From Bugula neritina (lineage: Eukaryota; Animalia; Bryozoa): a stretch of 64,000 nt of DNA. Positions 29,609 through 47,300 of this stretch are shown here, piece by piece (position 1 is the stretch's first letter; every line of letters begins with the position of its first letter). Made by a program: the position numbers and the translations under genes. A model generated the notes under the pieces. That model was not told the DNA's origin and searched no databases. It saw only the letters and a list, made by a program, of their open reading frames with translations. The DNA is taken from positions 1 through 64,000 of the forward strand of contig CAXIUT010000097.1 of the NCBI GenBank assembly GCA_964035545.1, given 5' to 3'.

Positions 29609-32600
29609 ACTGCAAAATACTGAAATACACTGCTATATACTGAAATACACTGCAACACACTACAACATACTGCAACATACTAAAATATACTGCAACATAC
29701 TGAAATACACTGCAAAATACTGAAATACACTGTAACATACTGAAGTATACTGCAACATACTGAAATACACTGCTACATACTGAAATATACTGCAACACAC
29801 AGCAACATACTACAACATACTAAAATACACTGTAACATATTGGAATACACTGCAACACATTGAAATATACTGCAACATACTGAAATACACTGCAACACAT
29901 TCAAATACACCGCAAAATACTACAACATACTGAAATGCACTGTAACATATTGAAATACACTGTAACATATTAAAATATACGGCAACATACTGAAATATAC
30001 TGCGACACATTGCAATATACTGTAACATACTGAAATAGGCTGTAGCACACTGAAATACACTGCAACTCACTGAAATATACTGCAACATACTGAAATACAC
30101 TGTAACATATTGAAATATACTGCAACACACTGAAATATAGTGCTACATACTGAAATATACTGCTACATACTGAAATACACTGCAACATACTGCAACATAC
30201 TGAAATACACTGCAACACATTGAAATATACTGCAACATACCTAAATATACGGTAATATACTGAAAAATACTGTAACACATTGAAAAACACTGCAACATAC
30301 TGAAATACACTGCAACACATTCTAATACACCGCAAAATACTACAACATACTGAAATGCACTGTAACATATTGAAATACACTGCAACACATTGAAATATAC
30401 TGCAATGTACCGAAATATATGGTAAACTACTGATATATACTGTCACACATTGAAAAATACTGCAACATACTGAAATATACTGCGACACATTGCAATATAC
30501 TGTAACATACTGAAATATGCTGTAGCACACTGAAATACACTGCAACATACTGAAATACACTGTAACATATTAAAATATACTGCAACATACTGAAATACAC
30601 TGCAGAATACCGAAATACACTGTAACATACTGAAATATACTGCAAAATACTGAAATACACTGCTACATACTGAAATTTACTGCGACACACTGCGACATAC
30701 TGCAACATACTAAAATACACTGTAACATATTGAAACACACTGCAACACATTGAAATATACTGCAATGTACCGAATTATATGGTAAACTACTGAAATATAC
30801 TGTCACACATTGAAAAATACTGCAACATACTGAAATATACTGCGACACATTGCAATATACTGTAACATACTGAAATATGCTGTAGCACACTGAAATACAC
30901 TGCAACTCACTGAAATATACTGCAACATACTGAAACACACTGTAACATATTGAAATATACTGCAACATACTGAAATACATTGCTACATACTGAAATATAC
31001 TGCAACATACTGCAACATACTGAAATACACTGTAACATACTGAAATACGCTGCAACATACTACAACATATTGAAAGACACTGCAACACAGTGAAATATAC
31101 TGCAACATACCTAAATATACGGTAATATACCAAAATATACTGTAACACATTGAAAAATACTGCAACATACTGAAATACACTGCAACACACCGAAAAACAC
31201 TGAAAATACTGTAACACACTGAAATATACTGCAAAATACTGAAATACACTGCTACATACTGAAATATACTGCGACACACTGCAACATACTGCAACATACT
31301 AAAGTAAACTGCAACATACTGAAATACACTGTAAAATACTGAAATACACTAGAACATACTGAAATATACTGCACCATACTGAAATATACTGCTACATACT
31401 GAAATATACTGCAACACACTGCAACATACTGCAACATACTAGAATACACTGTAACATAATGAAATACACTGCAACACATTGAAATATACTGCAAAATACT
31501 GAAATACACTGCTATATACTGAAATACACTGCAACACACTACAACATACTGCAACATACTAAAATATACTGCAACATACTGAAATACACTGCAAAATACT
31601 GAAATACACTGCTACATACTGAAATATACTGCAACATACTGCAACATACTGAAATACACTGTAACATACTGAAATACGCTGCAACATACTACAACATATT
31701 GAAAGACACTGCAACACATTAAAATATACTGCAACATACCTAAATATCCGGTAATATACCAAAATATACTGTAACACATTGAAAAATACTGCAACATACT
31801 GAAATACACTGCAACACACCGAAAAACACTGAAAATACTGTAACACACTGAAATATACTGCAAAATACTGAAATACACTGCTACATACTGAAATATACTG
31901 CGACACACTGCAACATACTGCAACATACTAAAGTAAACTGCAACATACTGAAATACACTGTAAAATACTGAAATACACTAGAACATACTGAAATATACTG
32001 CACCATACTGAAATATACTGCTACATACTGAAATATACTGCAACACACTGCAACATACTGAAATACACTGTAACATACTGAAATACGCTGCAACATACTA
32101 CAACATATTGAAAGACACTGCAACACATTGAAATATACTGCAACATACCTAAATATCCGGTAATATACCAAAATATACTGTAACACATTGAAAAATACTG
32201 CAACATACTGAAATACACTGCAACACACCGAAAAACACTGAAAATACTGTAACACACTGAAATATACTGCAAAATACTGAAATACACTGCTACATACTGA
32301 AATACACTGCGACACACTGCAACATACTGCAACATACTAAAGTATACTGCAACATACTGAAATACACTGTAAAACACTGAAATACACTATAACATACTGA
32401 AATATACTGCAACATACTGAAATATACTGCTACATACTGAAATATACTGCAACACACTGCAACATACTGCAACATACTAGAATACACTGTAACATAATGA
32501 AATACACTACAACACATTGAAATTGACTGCAAAATACTGAAATACACTGCTATATACTGAAATACACTGCAACACACTACAACATACTGCAACATACTAA

Positions 32601-35600
32601 AATATACTGCAACATACTGAAATACACTGCAAAATACTGAAATACACTGTAACATACTGAAGTATACTGCAACATACTGAAATACACTGCTACATACTGA
32701 AATATACTGCAACACACAGCAACATACTACAACATACTAAAATACACTGTAACATATTGGAATACACTGCAACACATTGAAATATACTGCAACATACTGA
32801 AATACACTGCAACACATTCAAATACACCGCAAAATACTACAACATACTGAAATGCACTGTAACATATTGAAATACACTGTAACATATTAAAATATACGGC
32901 AACATACTGAAATATACTGCGACACATTGCAATATACTGTAACATACTGAAATAGGCTGTAGCACACTGAAATACACTGCAACTCACTGAAATATACTGC
33001 AACATACTGAAATACACTGTAACATATTAAAATATACTGCAACATACTGAAATATAGTGCTACATACTGAAATATACTGCAACATACTGCAACATACTGA
33101 AATACACTGCAACACATTGAAATATACTGCAACATACCTAAATATACTGTAATATACTGAAAAATACTGTAACACATTGAAAAACACTGCAACATACTGA
33201 AATACACTGCAACACATTCAAATACACCGCAAAATACCACAACATACTGAAATGCACTGTAACATATTGAAATACACGGCAACACATTGAAATATACTGC
33301 AATGTACCGAAATATATGGTAAACTACTGATATATACTGTCACACATTGAAAAATACTGCAACATACTGAAATATACTGCGACACATTGCAATATACTGC
33401 AAAATACTGAAATACACTGCTATATACTGAAATACACTGCAACACACTACAACATACTGCAACATACTAAAATATACTGCAACATACTGAAATACACTGC
33501 AAAATACTGAAATACACTGTAACATACTGAAGTATACTGCAACATACTGAAATACACTGCTACATACTGAAATATACTGCAACACACAGCAACATACTAC
33601 AACATACTAAAATACACTGTAACATATTGGAATACACTGCAACACATTGAAATATACTGCAACATACTGAAATACACTGCAACACATTCAAATACACCGC
33701 AAAATACTACAACATACTGAAATGCACTGTAACATATTGAAATACACTGTAACATATTAAAATATACGGCAACATACTGAAATATACTGCGACACATTGC
33801 AATATACTGTAACATACTGAAATAGGCTGTAGCACACTGAAATACACTGCAACTCACTGAAATATACTGCAACATACTGAAATACACTGTAACATATTGA
33901 AATATACTGCAACACACTGAAATATAGTGCTACATACTGAAATATACTGCTACATACTGAAATACACTGCAACATACTGCAACATACTGAAATACACTGC
34001 AACACATTGAAATATACTGCAACATACCTAAATATACGGTAATATACTGAAAAATACTGTAACACATTGAAAAACACTGCAACATACTGAAATACACTGC
34101 AACACATTCTAATACACCGCAAAATACTACAACATACTGAAATGCACTGTAACATATTGAAATACACTGCAACACATTGAAATATACTGCAATGTACCGA
34201 AATATATGGTAAACTACTGATATATACTGTCACACATTGAAAAATACTGCAACATACTGAAATATACTGCGACACATTGCAATATACTGTAACATACTGA
34301 AATATGCTGTAGCACACTGAAATACACTGCAACATACTGAAATACACTGTAACATATTAAAATATACTGCAACATACTGAAATACACTGCAGAATACCGA
34401 AATACACTGTAACATACTGAAATATACTGCAAAATACTGAAATACACTGCTACATACTGAAATTTACTGCGACACACTGCGACATACTGCAACATACTAA
34501 AATACACTGTAACATATTGAAACACACTGCAACACATTGAAATATACTGCAATGTACCGAATTATATGGTAAACTACTGAAATATACTGTCACACATTGA
34601 AAAATACTGCAACATACTGAAATATACTGCGACACATTGCAATATACTGTAACATACTGAAATATGCTGTAGCACACTGAAATACACTGCAACTCACTGA
34701 AATATACTGCAACATACTGAAACACACTGTAACATATTGAAATATACTGCAACATACTGAAATACATTGCTACATACTGAAATATACTGCAACATACTGC
34801 AACATACTGAAATACACTGTAACATACTGAAATACGCTGCAACATACTACAACATATTGAAAGACACTGCAACACAGTGAAATATACTGCAACATACCTA
34901 AATATACGGTAATATACCAAAATATACTGTAACACATTGAAAAATACTGCAACATACTGAAATACACTGCAACACACCGAAAAACACTGAAAATACTGTA
35001 ACACACTGAAATATACTGCAAAATACTGAAATACACTGCTACATACTGAAATATACTGCGACACACTGCAACATACTGCAACATACTAAAGTAAACTGCA
35101 ACATACTGAAATACACTGTAAAATACTGAAATACACTAGAACATACTGAAATATACTGCACCATACTGAAATATACTGCTACATACTGAAATATACTGCA
35201 ACACACTGCAACATACTGCAACATACTAGAATACACTGTAACATAATGAAATACACTGCAACACATTGAAATATACTGCAAAATACTGAAATACACTGCT
35301 ATATACTGAAATACACTGCAACACACTACAACATACTGCAACATACTAAAATATACTGCAACATACTGAAATACACTGCAAAATACTGAAATACACTGCT
35401 ACATACTGAAATATACTGCAACATACTGCAACATACTGAAATACACTGTAACATACTGAAATACGCTGCAACATACTACAACATATTGAAAGACACTGCA
35501 ACACATTAAAATATACTGCAACATACCTAAATATCCGGTAATATACCAAAATATACTGTAACACATTGAAAAATACTGCAACATACTGAAATACACTGCA

Positions 35601-37186
35601 ACACACCGAAAAACACTGAAAATACTGTAACACACTGAAATATACTGCAAAATACTGAAATACACTGCTACATACTGAAATATACTGCGACACACTGCAA
35701 CATACTGCAACATACTAAAGTAAACTGCAACATACTGAAATACACTGTAAAATACTGAAATACACTAGAACATACTGAAATATACTGCACCATACTGAAA
35801 TATACTGCTACATACTGAAATATACTGCAACACACTGCAACATACTGAAATACACTGTAACATACTGAAATACGCTGCAACATACTACAACATATTGAAA
35901 GACACTGCAACACATTGAAATATACTGCAACATACCTAAATATCCGGTAATATACCAAAATATACTGTAACACATTGAAAAATACTGCAACATACTGAAA
36001 TACACTGCAACACACCGAAAAACACTGAAAATACTGTAACACACTGAAATATACTGCAAAATACTGAAATACACTGCTACATACTGAAATACACTGCGAC
36101 ACACTGCAACATACTGCAACATACTAAAGTATACTGCAACATACTGAAATACACTGTAAAACACTGAAATACACTATAACATACTGAAATATACTGCAAC
36201 ATACTGAAATATACTGCTACATACTGAAATATACTGCAACACACTGCAACATACTGCAACATACTAGAATACACTGTAACATAATGAAATACACTACAAC
36301 ACATTGAAATTGACTGCAAAATACTGAAATACACTGCTATATACTGAAATACACTGCAACACACTACAACATACTGCAACATACTAAAATATACTGCAAC
36401 ATACTGAAATACACTGCAAAATACTGAAATACACTGTAACATACTGAAGTATACTGCAACATACTGAAATACACTGCTACATACTGAAATATACTGCAAC
36501 ACACAGCAACATACTACAACATACTAAAATACACTGTAACATATTGGAATACACTGCAACACATTGAAATATACTGCAACATACTGAAATACACTGCAAC
36601 ACATTCAAATACACCGCAAAATACTACAACATACTGAAATGCACTGTAACATATTGAAATACACTGTAACATATTAAAATATACGGCAACATACTGAAAT
36701 ATACTGCGACACATTGCAATATACTGTAACATACTGAAATAGGCTGTAGCACACTGAAATACACTGCAACTCACTGAAATATACTGCAACATACTGAAAT
36801 ACACTGTAACATATTAAAATATACTGCAACATACTGAAATATAGTGCTACATACTGAAATATACTGCAACATACTGCAACATACTGAAATACACTGCAAC
36901 ACATTGAAATATACTGCAACATACCTAAATATACTGTAATATACTGAAAAATACTGTAACACATTGAAAAACACTGCAACATACTGAAATACACTGCAAC
37001 ACATTCAAATACACCGCAAAATACCACAACATACTGAAATGCACTGTAACATATTGAAATACACGGCAACACATTGAAATATACTGCAATGTACCGAAAT
37101 ATATGGTAAACTACTGATATATACTGTCACACATTGAAAAATACTGCAACATACTGAAATATACTGCGACACATTGCAATATACTG
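29609..37186 (+). repeat. Near-perfect tandem duplication, 3787-bp unit (29609-33395, 33396-37182)
   Basis: Constant offset 3787 across ORF-track pairs 29810/33597 to 33218/37005. The junction overlaps by ACTG. Confidence 0.88.
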
Positions 37187-40100
37187 TAACATACTGAAAT
37201 ATGCTGTAGCACACTGAAATACACTGCAACATACTGAAATACACTGTAACATATTAAAATATACTGCAACATACTGAAATACACTGCAGAATACCGAAAT
37301 ACACTGTAACATACTGAAATATACTGCAAAATACTGAAATACACTGCTACATACTGAAATTTACTGCGACACACTGCGACATACTGCAACATACTAAAAT
37401 ACACTGTAACATATTGAAACACACTGCAACACATTGAAATATACTGCAATGTACCGAATTATATGGTAAACTACTGAAATATACTGTCACACATTGAAAA
37501 ATATTGCAACATACTGAAATATACTGCGACACATTGCAATATACTGTAACATACTGAAATATGCTGTAGCACACTGAAATACACTGCAACTCACTGAAAT
37601 ATACTGCAACATACTGAAACACACTGTAACATATTGAAATATACTGCAACATACTGAAATACATTGCTACATACTGAAATATACTGCAACATACTGCAAC
37701 ATACTGAAATACACTGTAACATACTGAAATACGCTGCAACATACTACAACATATTGAAAGACACTGCAACACAGTGAAATATACTGCAACATACCTAAAT
37801 ATACGGTAATATACCAAAATATACTGTAACACATTGAAAAATACTGCAACATACTGAAATACACTGCAACACACCTAAAAACACTGAAAATACTGTAACA
37901 CACTGAAATATACTGCAAAATACTGAAATACACTGCTACATACTGAAATATACTGCGACACACTGCAACATACTGCAACATACTAAAGTAAACTGCAACA
38001 TACTGAAATACACTGTAAAATACTGAAATACACTAGAACATACTGAAATATACTGCACCATACTGAAATATACTGCTACATACTGAAATATACTGCAACA
38101 CACTGCAACATACTGCAACATACTAGAATACACTGTAACATAATGAAATACACTGCAACACCTTGAAATATACTGCAAAATACTGAAATACACTGCTATA
38201 TACTGAAATACACTGCAACACACTACAACATACTGCAACATACTAAAATATACTGCAACATACTGAAATACACTGCAAAATACTGAAATACACTGTAACA
38301 TACTGAAGTATACTGCAACATACTGAAATACACTGCTACATACTGAAATATACTGCAACACACAGCAACATACTGCAACATACTAAAATACACTGTAACA
38401 TATTGGAATACACTGCAACACATTGAAATATACTGTAAAATACTGAAATACACTGCTACATACTGAAATATACTGCAACATACTGCAACATACTGAAATA
38501 CACTGCAACACATTCAAATACACCGCAAAAAACTACAACATACTGAAATGCACTGTAACATATTGAAATACACTGCAACGCATTAAAATATACTGCAATG
38601 TACTGAAATATATGGTAAACTACTTAAATATACTGTCACACATTGAAAAACACTGCAACATACTGAAATATACTGCGACACATTGCAATATACTGTAACA
38701 TACTGAAATAGGCTGTAGCACACTGAAATACACTGCAACCCACTGAAATATACTGCAACATACTGAAATACACTGTAACATATTGAAATATACTGCAACA
38801 CACTGAAATATAGTGCTACATACTGAAATATACTGCAACATACTGCAACATAGTGAAATACACTGTAACATACTGAAATACACTGCAACATACTACAACA
38901 TATTTCAATACACTGCAACACATTGAAATATACTGCAACATACCTAAATATACGATAATATACTGAAATATACTCTAACACATTGAAAAACACTGCAACA
39001 TACTGAAATACACTGCAACACATTCAAATACACCGCAAAATACTACAACATACTGAAATATACTGCAACACACTGCAATTTACTGCAACATACTAAAATA
39101 CACTGCAACATACTGAAATACACTGCAAAATACTGAAATATACTGCAACACACTGCAACTTACTGCAACATACTAAAATACACTGTAACATATTGAATTA
39201 CACTGTAACACACTGAAATATACTGCAAAATACTGAAATACACTGCTACATACTGAAATATACTGCGACACACTGCAACATACTGCAACATACTAAAGTA
39301 AACTGCAACATACTGAAATACACTGTAAAATACTGAAATACACTAGAACATACTGAAATATACTGCACCATACTGAAATATACTGCTACATACTGAAATA
39401 TACTGCAACACACTGCAACATACTGCAACATACTAGAATACACTGTAACATAATGAAATACACTGCAACACATTGAAATATACTGCAAAATACTGAAATA
39501 CACTGCTATATACTGAAATACACTGCAACACACTACAACATACTGCAACATACTAAAATATACTGCAACATACTGAAATACACTGCAAAATACTGAAATA
39601 CACTGCTACATACTGAAATATACTGCAACATACTGCAACATACTGAAATACACTGTAACATACTGAAATACGCTGCAACATACTACAACATATTGAAAGA
39701 CACTGCAACACATTGAAATATACTGCAACATACCTAAATATCCGGTAATATACCAAAATATACTGTAACACATTGAAAAATACTGCAACATACTGAAATA
39801 CACTGCAACACACCGAAAAACACTGAAAATACTGTAACACACTGAAATATACTGCAAAATACTGAAATACACTGCTACATACTGAAATATACTGCGACAC
39901 ACTGCAACATACTGCAACATACTAAAGTAAACTGCAACATACTGAAATACACTGTAAAATACTGAAATACACTAGAACATACTGAAATATACTGCACCAT
40001 ACTGAAATATACTGCTACATACTGAAATATACTGCAACACACTGCAACATACTGAAATACACTGTAACATACTGAAATACGCTGCAACATACTACAACAT

Positions 40101-41399
40101 ATTGAAAGACACTGCAACACATTGAAATATACTGCAACATACCTAAATATCCGGTAATATACCAAATTATACTGTAACACATTGAAAAATACTGCAACAT
40201 ACTGAAATACACTGCAACACACCGAAAAACACTGAAAATACTGTAACACACTGAAATATACTGCAAAATACTGAAATACACTGCTACATACTGAAATACA
40301 CTGCGACACACTGCAACATACTGCAACATACTAAAGTATACTGCAACATACTGAAATACACTGTAAAACACTGAAATACACTATAACATACTGAAATATA
40401 CTGCAACATACTGAAATATACTGCTACATACTGAAATATACTGCAACACACTGCAACATACTGCAACATACTAGAATACACTGTAACATAATGAAATACA
40501 CTACAACACATTGAAATTGACTGCAAAATACTGAAATACACTGCTATATACTGAAATACACTGCAACACACTACAACATACTGCAACATACTAAAATATA
40601 CTGCAACATACTGAAATACACTGCAAAATACTGAAATACACTGTAACATACTGAAGTATACTGCAACATACTGAAATACACTGCTACATACTGAAATATA
40701 CTGCAACACACAGCAACATACTACAACATACTAAAATACACTGTAACATATTGGAATACACTGCAACACATTGAAATATACTGCAACATACTGAAATACA
40801 CTGCAACACATTCAAATACACCGCAAAATACTACAACATACTGAAATGCACTGTAACATATTGAAATACACTGTAACATATTAAAATATACGGCAACATA
40901 CTGAAATATACTGCGACACATTGCAATATACTGTAACATACTGAAATAGGCTGTAGCACACTGAAATACACTGCAACTCACTGAAATATACTGCAACATA
41001 CTGAAATACACTGTAACATATTAAAATATACTGCAACATACTGAAATATAGTGCTACATACTGAAATATACTGCAACATACTGCAACATACTGAAATACA
41101 CTGCAACACATTGAAATATACTGCAACATACCTAAATATACTGTAATATACTGAAAAATACTGTAACACATTGAAAAACACTGCAACATACTGAAATACA
41201 CTGCAACACATTCAAATACACCGCAAAATACTACAACATACTGAAATGCACTGTAACATATTGAAATACACTGCAACACATTGAAATATACTGCAATGTA
41301 CCGAAATATATGGTAAACTACTGATATATACTGTCACACATTGAAAAATACTGCAACATACTGAAATATACTGCGACATACTGAAATATACTGCAACAT

Positions 41400-44300
41400 A
41401 CTGCAACATACTGAAATACACTGCAACACATTCAAATACACCGCAAAATACTACAACATACTGAAATATACTGCAACACACTGCAATTTACTGCAACATA
41501 CTAAAATACACTGCAACATACTGAAATACACTGCAAAATACTGAAATATACTGCAACACACTGCAACTTACTGCAACATACTAAAATACACTGTAACATA
41601 TTGAATTACACTGCAACACATTGAAATATACTGCAAAATACTGAAATACACTGCTACATACTGAAATATACTGCGACACACTGCAACATACTGCAACATA
41701 CTAAAATATACTGCAACATACTGAAATACACTGCAAAATACTGAAATACACTGTAACATACTGAAATATACTGCAACATACTGAAATACACTGCTACATA
41801 CTGAAATATACTGCAAAATACTGCAACATATTAAAATACAATGTAACATATTGAAATACACTGCAACACATTGAAATATACTGCAAAATACTGAAATACA
41901 CTGCTACATACTGAAATATACTGCGACACACTGCAACATACTGCAACATACTAAAATACACTGCAACATACTGAAATACACTGCTACATACTGAATTATA
42001 CTGCAACACACTGCGACATACTGCAACATACTGAAATACACTGTAACATATTGAAATACACTGCAACACATTGAAATATACTGCAATGTACCGAAATATA
42101 TGGTAAACTACTGAAATATACTGTCACACATTGAAAAATACTGCAACATACTGAAATATACTGCGACACATTGCAATATACTGTAGCATACTGAAATACG
42201 CTGTAGCACACTGAAATACACTGCAACTCACTGAAATATACTGCAAAATACTGGAATACACTGCTACATACTGAAATATACTGCGACACACTACAACATT
42301 CTGCAACATACTAAAGTATACTGCAACATACTGAAATACACTGTAAAATACTGAAATACACTATAACATACTGAAATATACTGCAACATACTGAAATATA
42401 CTGCTACATACTGAAATATACTGCCACACACTGCAACATACTGCAACATACCAGAACACACTGCAAAATACTGAAATACACTGTAACATACTGAAGTATA
42501 CTGCAACATACTGAAATACACTGCTACATACTGAAATATACTGCAACACACAGCAACATACTGCAACATACTAGAATACACTCTAACCTAATGAAATACA
42601 CTGCAACACATTGAAATATACTGCAAAATACTGAAATACACTGCTATATACTGAAATGTACTGCAACACACTACAACATACTGCAACATGCTAAAATATA
42701 CTGTAAAATACTGAAATACCCTGCAAAATACTGAAATACACTGTAACATACTGAAGTATACTGCAACATACTGAAATACACTTCTACATACTGAAATATG
42801 CTGCAACACACAGCAACATACTGCAACATACTAAAATACACTGTAACATATTGGAATACACTGCAACACATTGAAATATACTGCAACACACCTAAATATA
42901 CGGTAATATACCAAAATATACTGTAACACATTTAAAAACACTGCAACCTACTGAAATACACTGCAACACACTGAAATACACTGCAAAAGACTGTAACACA
43001 CTGAAATATACTGCAACACACTGCAATTTACTGCAACATACTAAAATATACTGCAACATACTGAAATACACTGCAAAATACTGAAATATACTGCAACACA
43101 CTGCAACTTACTGCAACATACTAAAATACACTGTAACATATTGAATTACACTGCAACACATTGAAATATAGTGCAAAATACTGAAATACACTGCTACATA
43201 CTGAAATATACTGCGACACACTGCAACATACTGCAACATACTAAAATATACTGCAACATACTAAAATACACTGCAAAATACTGAAATACACTGTAACATA
43301 CTGAAATATACTGCAACATACTGAAATACACTGCTACATACTGAAATATACTGCAAAATACTGCAACATACTAAAATACAATGTAACATATTGAAATACA
43401 CTGCAACACATTGAAATATACTGCAAAATACTGAAATACACTGCTACATACTGAAATATACTGCGACACACTGCAACATACTGCAACATACTAAAATACA
43501 CTGCAACATACTGAAATACACTGCAGAATACTGAAATACACTGTAACATACTGAAATATACTGCAAAATACTGAAATACACTGCTACATACTGAATTATA
43601 CTGCAACACACTGCGACATACTGCAACATACTGAAATACACTGTAACATATTGAAATACACTGCAACACATTGAAATATACTGCAATGTACCGAAATATA
43701 TGGTAAACTACTGAAATATACTGTCACACATTGAAAAATACTGCAACATACTGAAATATACTGCGACACATTGCAATATACTGTAGCATACTGAAATACG
43801 CTGTAGCACACTGAAATACACTGCAACTCACTGAAATATACTGCAAAATACTGGAATACACTGCTACATACTGAAATATACTGCGACACACTACAACATA
43901 CTGCAACATACTAAAGTATACTGCAACATACTGAAATACACTGTAAAATACTGAAATACACTATAACATACTGAAATATACTGCAACATACTGAAATATA
44001 CTGCTACATACTGAAATATACTGCCACACACTGCAACATACTGCAACATACCAGAACACACTGTAACATAATGAAATACACTGCAACACATTGAAATATA
44101 CTGCAAAATACTGAAATACACTGCTATATACTGAAATACACTGCAACACACTACAACATACTGCAACATACGAAAATATACTGCAACATACTGAAATACA
44201 CTGCAAAATACTGAAATACACTGTAACATACTGAAGTATACTGCAACATACTGAAATACACTGCTACATACTTAAATATACTGCAACACACAGCAACATA

Positions 44301-47300
44301 CTGCAACATACTAAAATACACTGTAACATATTGGAATAAACTGCAACACATTAATTATACTGCAAAATACTGAAATACACTGCTACATGCTGAAATATAC
44401 TGCAACATACTGCAACATACTGAAATACACTGCAACACATTCAAATGCACCGCAAAATACTACAACATACTGAAATGCACTGTAACATATTGAAATACAC
44501 TGCAACGCATCGAAATATACTGCAATGTACCGAAATATATTGTAAAGTACTGAAATATACTGTCACACATTGAAAAACACTGCAACATACTGAAATATAC
44601 TGCGACACATTGCAATATACTGTAACATACTGAAATAGGCTGTAGCACACTGAAAGACACTGCAACATACTGAAATACACTGTAACATATTAAAATATAC
44701 TGCAACATACTGAAATACACTGCAGAATACCGAAATACACTGTAACATACTGAAATATACTGCAAAATACTGAAATACATTGCTACATACTGAAATATAC
44801 TGCAACATACTGCAACATACTGAAATACACTGTAACATACTGAAATACGCTGCTACATACTACAACATATTGAAAGACACTGCAACACAGTGAAATATAC
44901 TGCAACATACCTAAATATACGGTAATATATCAAAATATACTGTAACACATTGAAAAATACTGCAACATACTGAAATACACTGCAACACACCTAAAAACAC
45001 TGAAAATACTGTAACACACTGAAATATACTGCAAAATACTGAAATACACTGCTACATACTGAAATATACTGCGACACACTGCAACATACTGCAACATACT
45101 AACGTAAACTGCAACATACTGAAATACACTGTAAAATACTGAAATACACTAGAACATACTGAAATATACTGCACCATACTGAAATATACTGCTACATACT
45201 GAAATATACTGCAACACACTGCAACATACTGCAACATACTAGAATACACTGTAACATAATGAAATACACTGCAACACATTGAAATATACTGCAAAATACT
45301 GAAATACACTGCTATATACTGAAATACACTGCAACACACTACAACATACTGCAACATACTAAAATATACTGCAACATACTGAAATACACTGCAAAATACT
45401 GAAATACACTGTAACATACTGAAGTATACTGCAACATACTGAAATACACTGCTACATACTGAAATATACTGCAACACACAGCAACATACTGCAACATACT
45501 AAAATACACTGTAACATATTGGAATACACTGCAACACATTGAAATATACTGTAAAATACTGAAATACACTGCTACATACTGAAATATACTGCAACATACT
45601 GCAACATACTGAAATACACTGCAACACATTCAAATACACCGCAAAAAACTACAACATACTGAAATGCACTGTAACATATTGAAATACACTGCAACGCATT
45701 AAAATATACTGCAATGTACTGAAATATATGGTAAACTACTTAAATATACTGTCACACATTGAAAAACACTGCAACATACTGAAATATACTGCGACACATT
45801 GCAATATACTGTAACATACTGAAATAGGCTGTAGATCACTGAAATACACTGCAACCCACTGAAATATACTGCAACATACTGAAATACACTGTAACATATT
45901 GAAATATACTGCAACACACTGAAATATAGTGCTACATACTGAAATATACTGCAACATACTGCAACATAGTGAAATACACTGTAACATACTGAAATACACT
46001 GCAACATACTACAACATATTTCAATACACTGCAACACATTGAAATATACTGCAACATACCTAAATATACGATAATATACTGAAATAAACTCTAACACATT
46101 GAAAAACACTGCAACATACTGAAATACACTGCAACACATTCAAATACACCGCAAAATACTACAACATACTGAAATATACTGCAACACACTGCAATTTACT
46201 GCAACATACTAAAATACACTGCAACATACTGAAATACACTGCAAAATACTGAAATATACTGCAACACACTGCAACTTACTGCAACATACTAAAATACACT
46301 GTAACATATTGAATTACAGTGCAACACATTGAAATATACTGCAAAATACTGAAATACACTGCTACATACTGAAATATACTGCGACACACTGCAACATACT
46401 GCAACATACTAAAATATACTGCAACATACTGAAATACACTGCAAAATACTGAAATACACTGTAACATACTGAAATATACTGCAACATACTGAAATACACT
46501 GCAACATACTGCAACATACTAAAATACACTGCAACATACTGAAATACACTGCAGAATACTGAAATACACTGTAACATACTGAAATATACTGCAAAATACT
46601 GAAATACACTGCTACATACTGAATTATACTGCAACACACTGCGACATACTGCAACATACTGAAATACACTGCAACACATTGAAATATACTGCAATGTACC
46701 GAAATATATGGTAAACTACTGAAATATACTGTCACACATTGAAAAATACTGCAACATACTGAAATATACTGCGACACATTGCAATATCCTGTAGCATACT
46801 GAAATACGCTGTAGCACACTGAAATACACTGCAACTCACTGAAATATACTGCAAAATACTGGAATACACTGCTACATACTGAAATATACTGCGACACACT
46901 ACAACATGCTGCAACATACTAAAGTATACTGCAACATACTGAAATACACTGTAAAATACTGAAATACACTATAACATACTGAAATATACTGCAACATACT
47001 GAAATATACTGCTACATACTGAAATATACTGCCACACACTGCAACATACTGCAACATACCAGAACACACTGCAAAATACTGAAATACACTGTAACATACT
47101 GAAGTATACTGCAACATACTGAAATACACTGCTACATACTGAAATATACTGCAACACACAGCAACATACTGCAACATACTAGAATACACTGTAACCTAAT
47201 GAAATACACTGCAACACATTGAAATATACTGCAAAATACTGAAATACACTGCTATATACTGAAATGTACTGCAACACACTACAACATACTGCAACATGCT

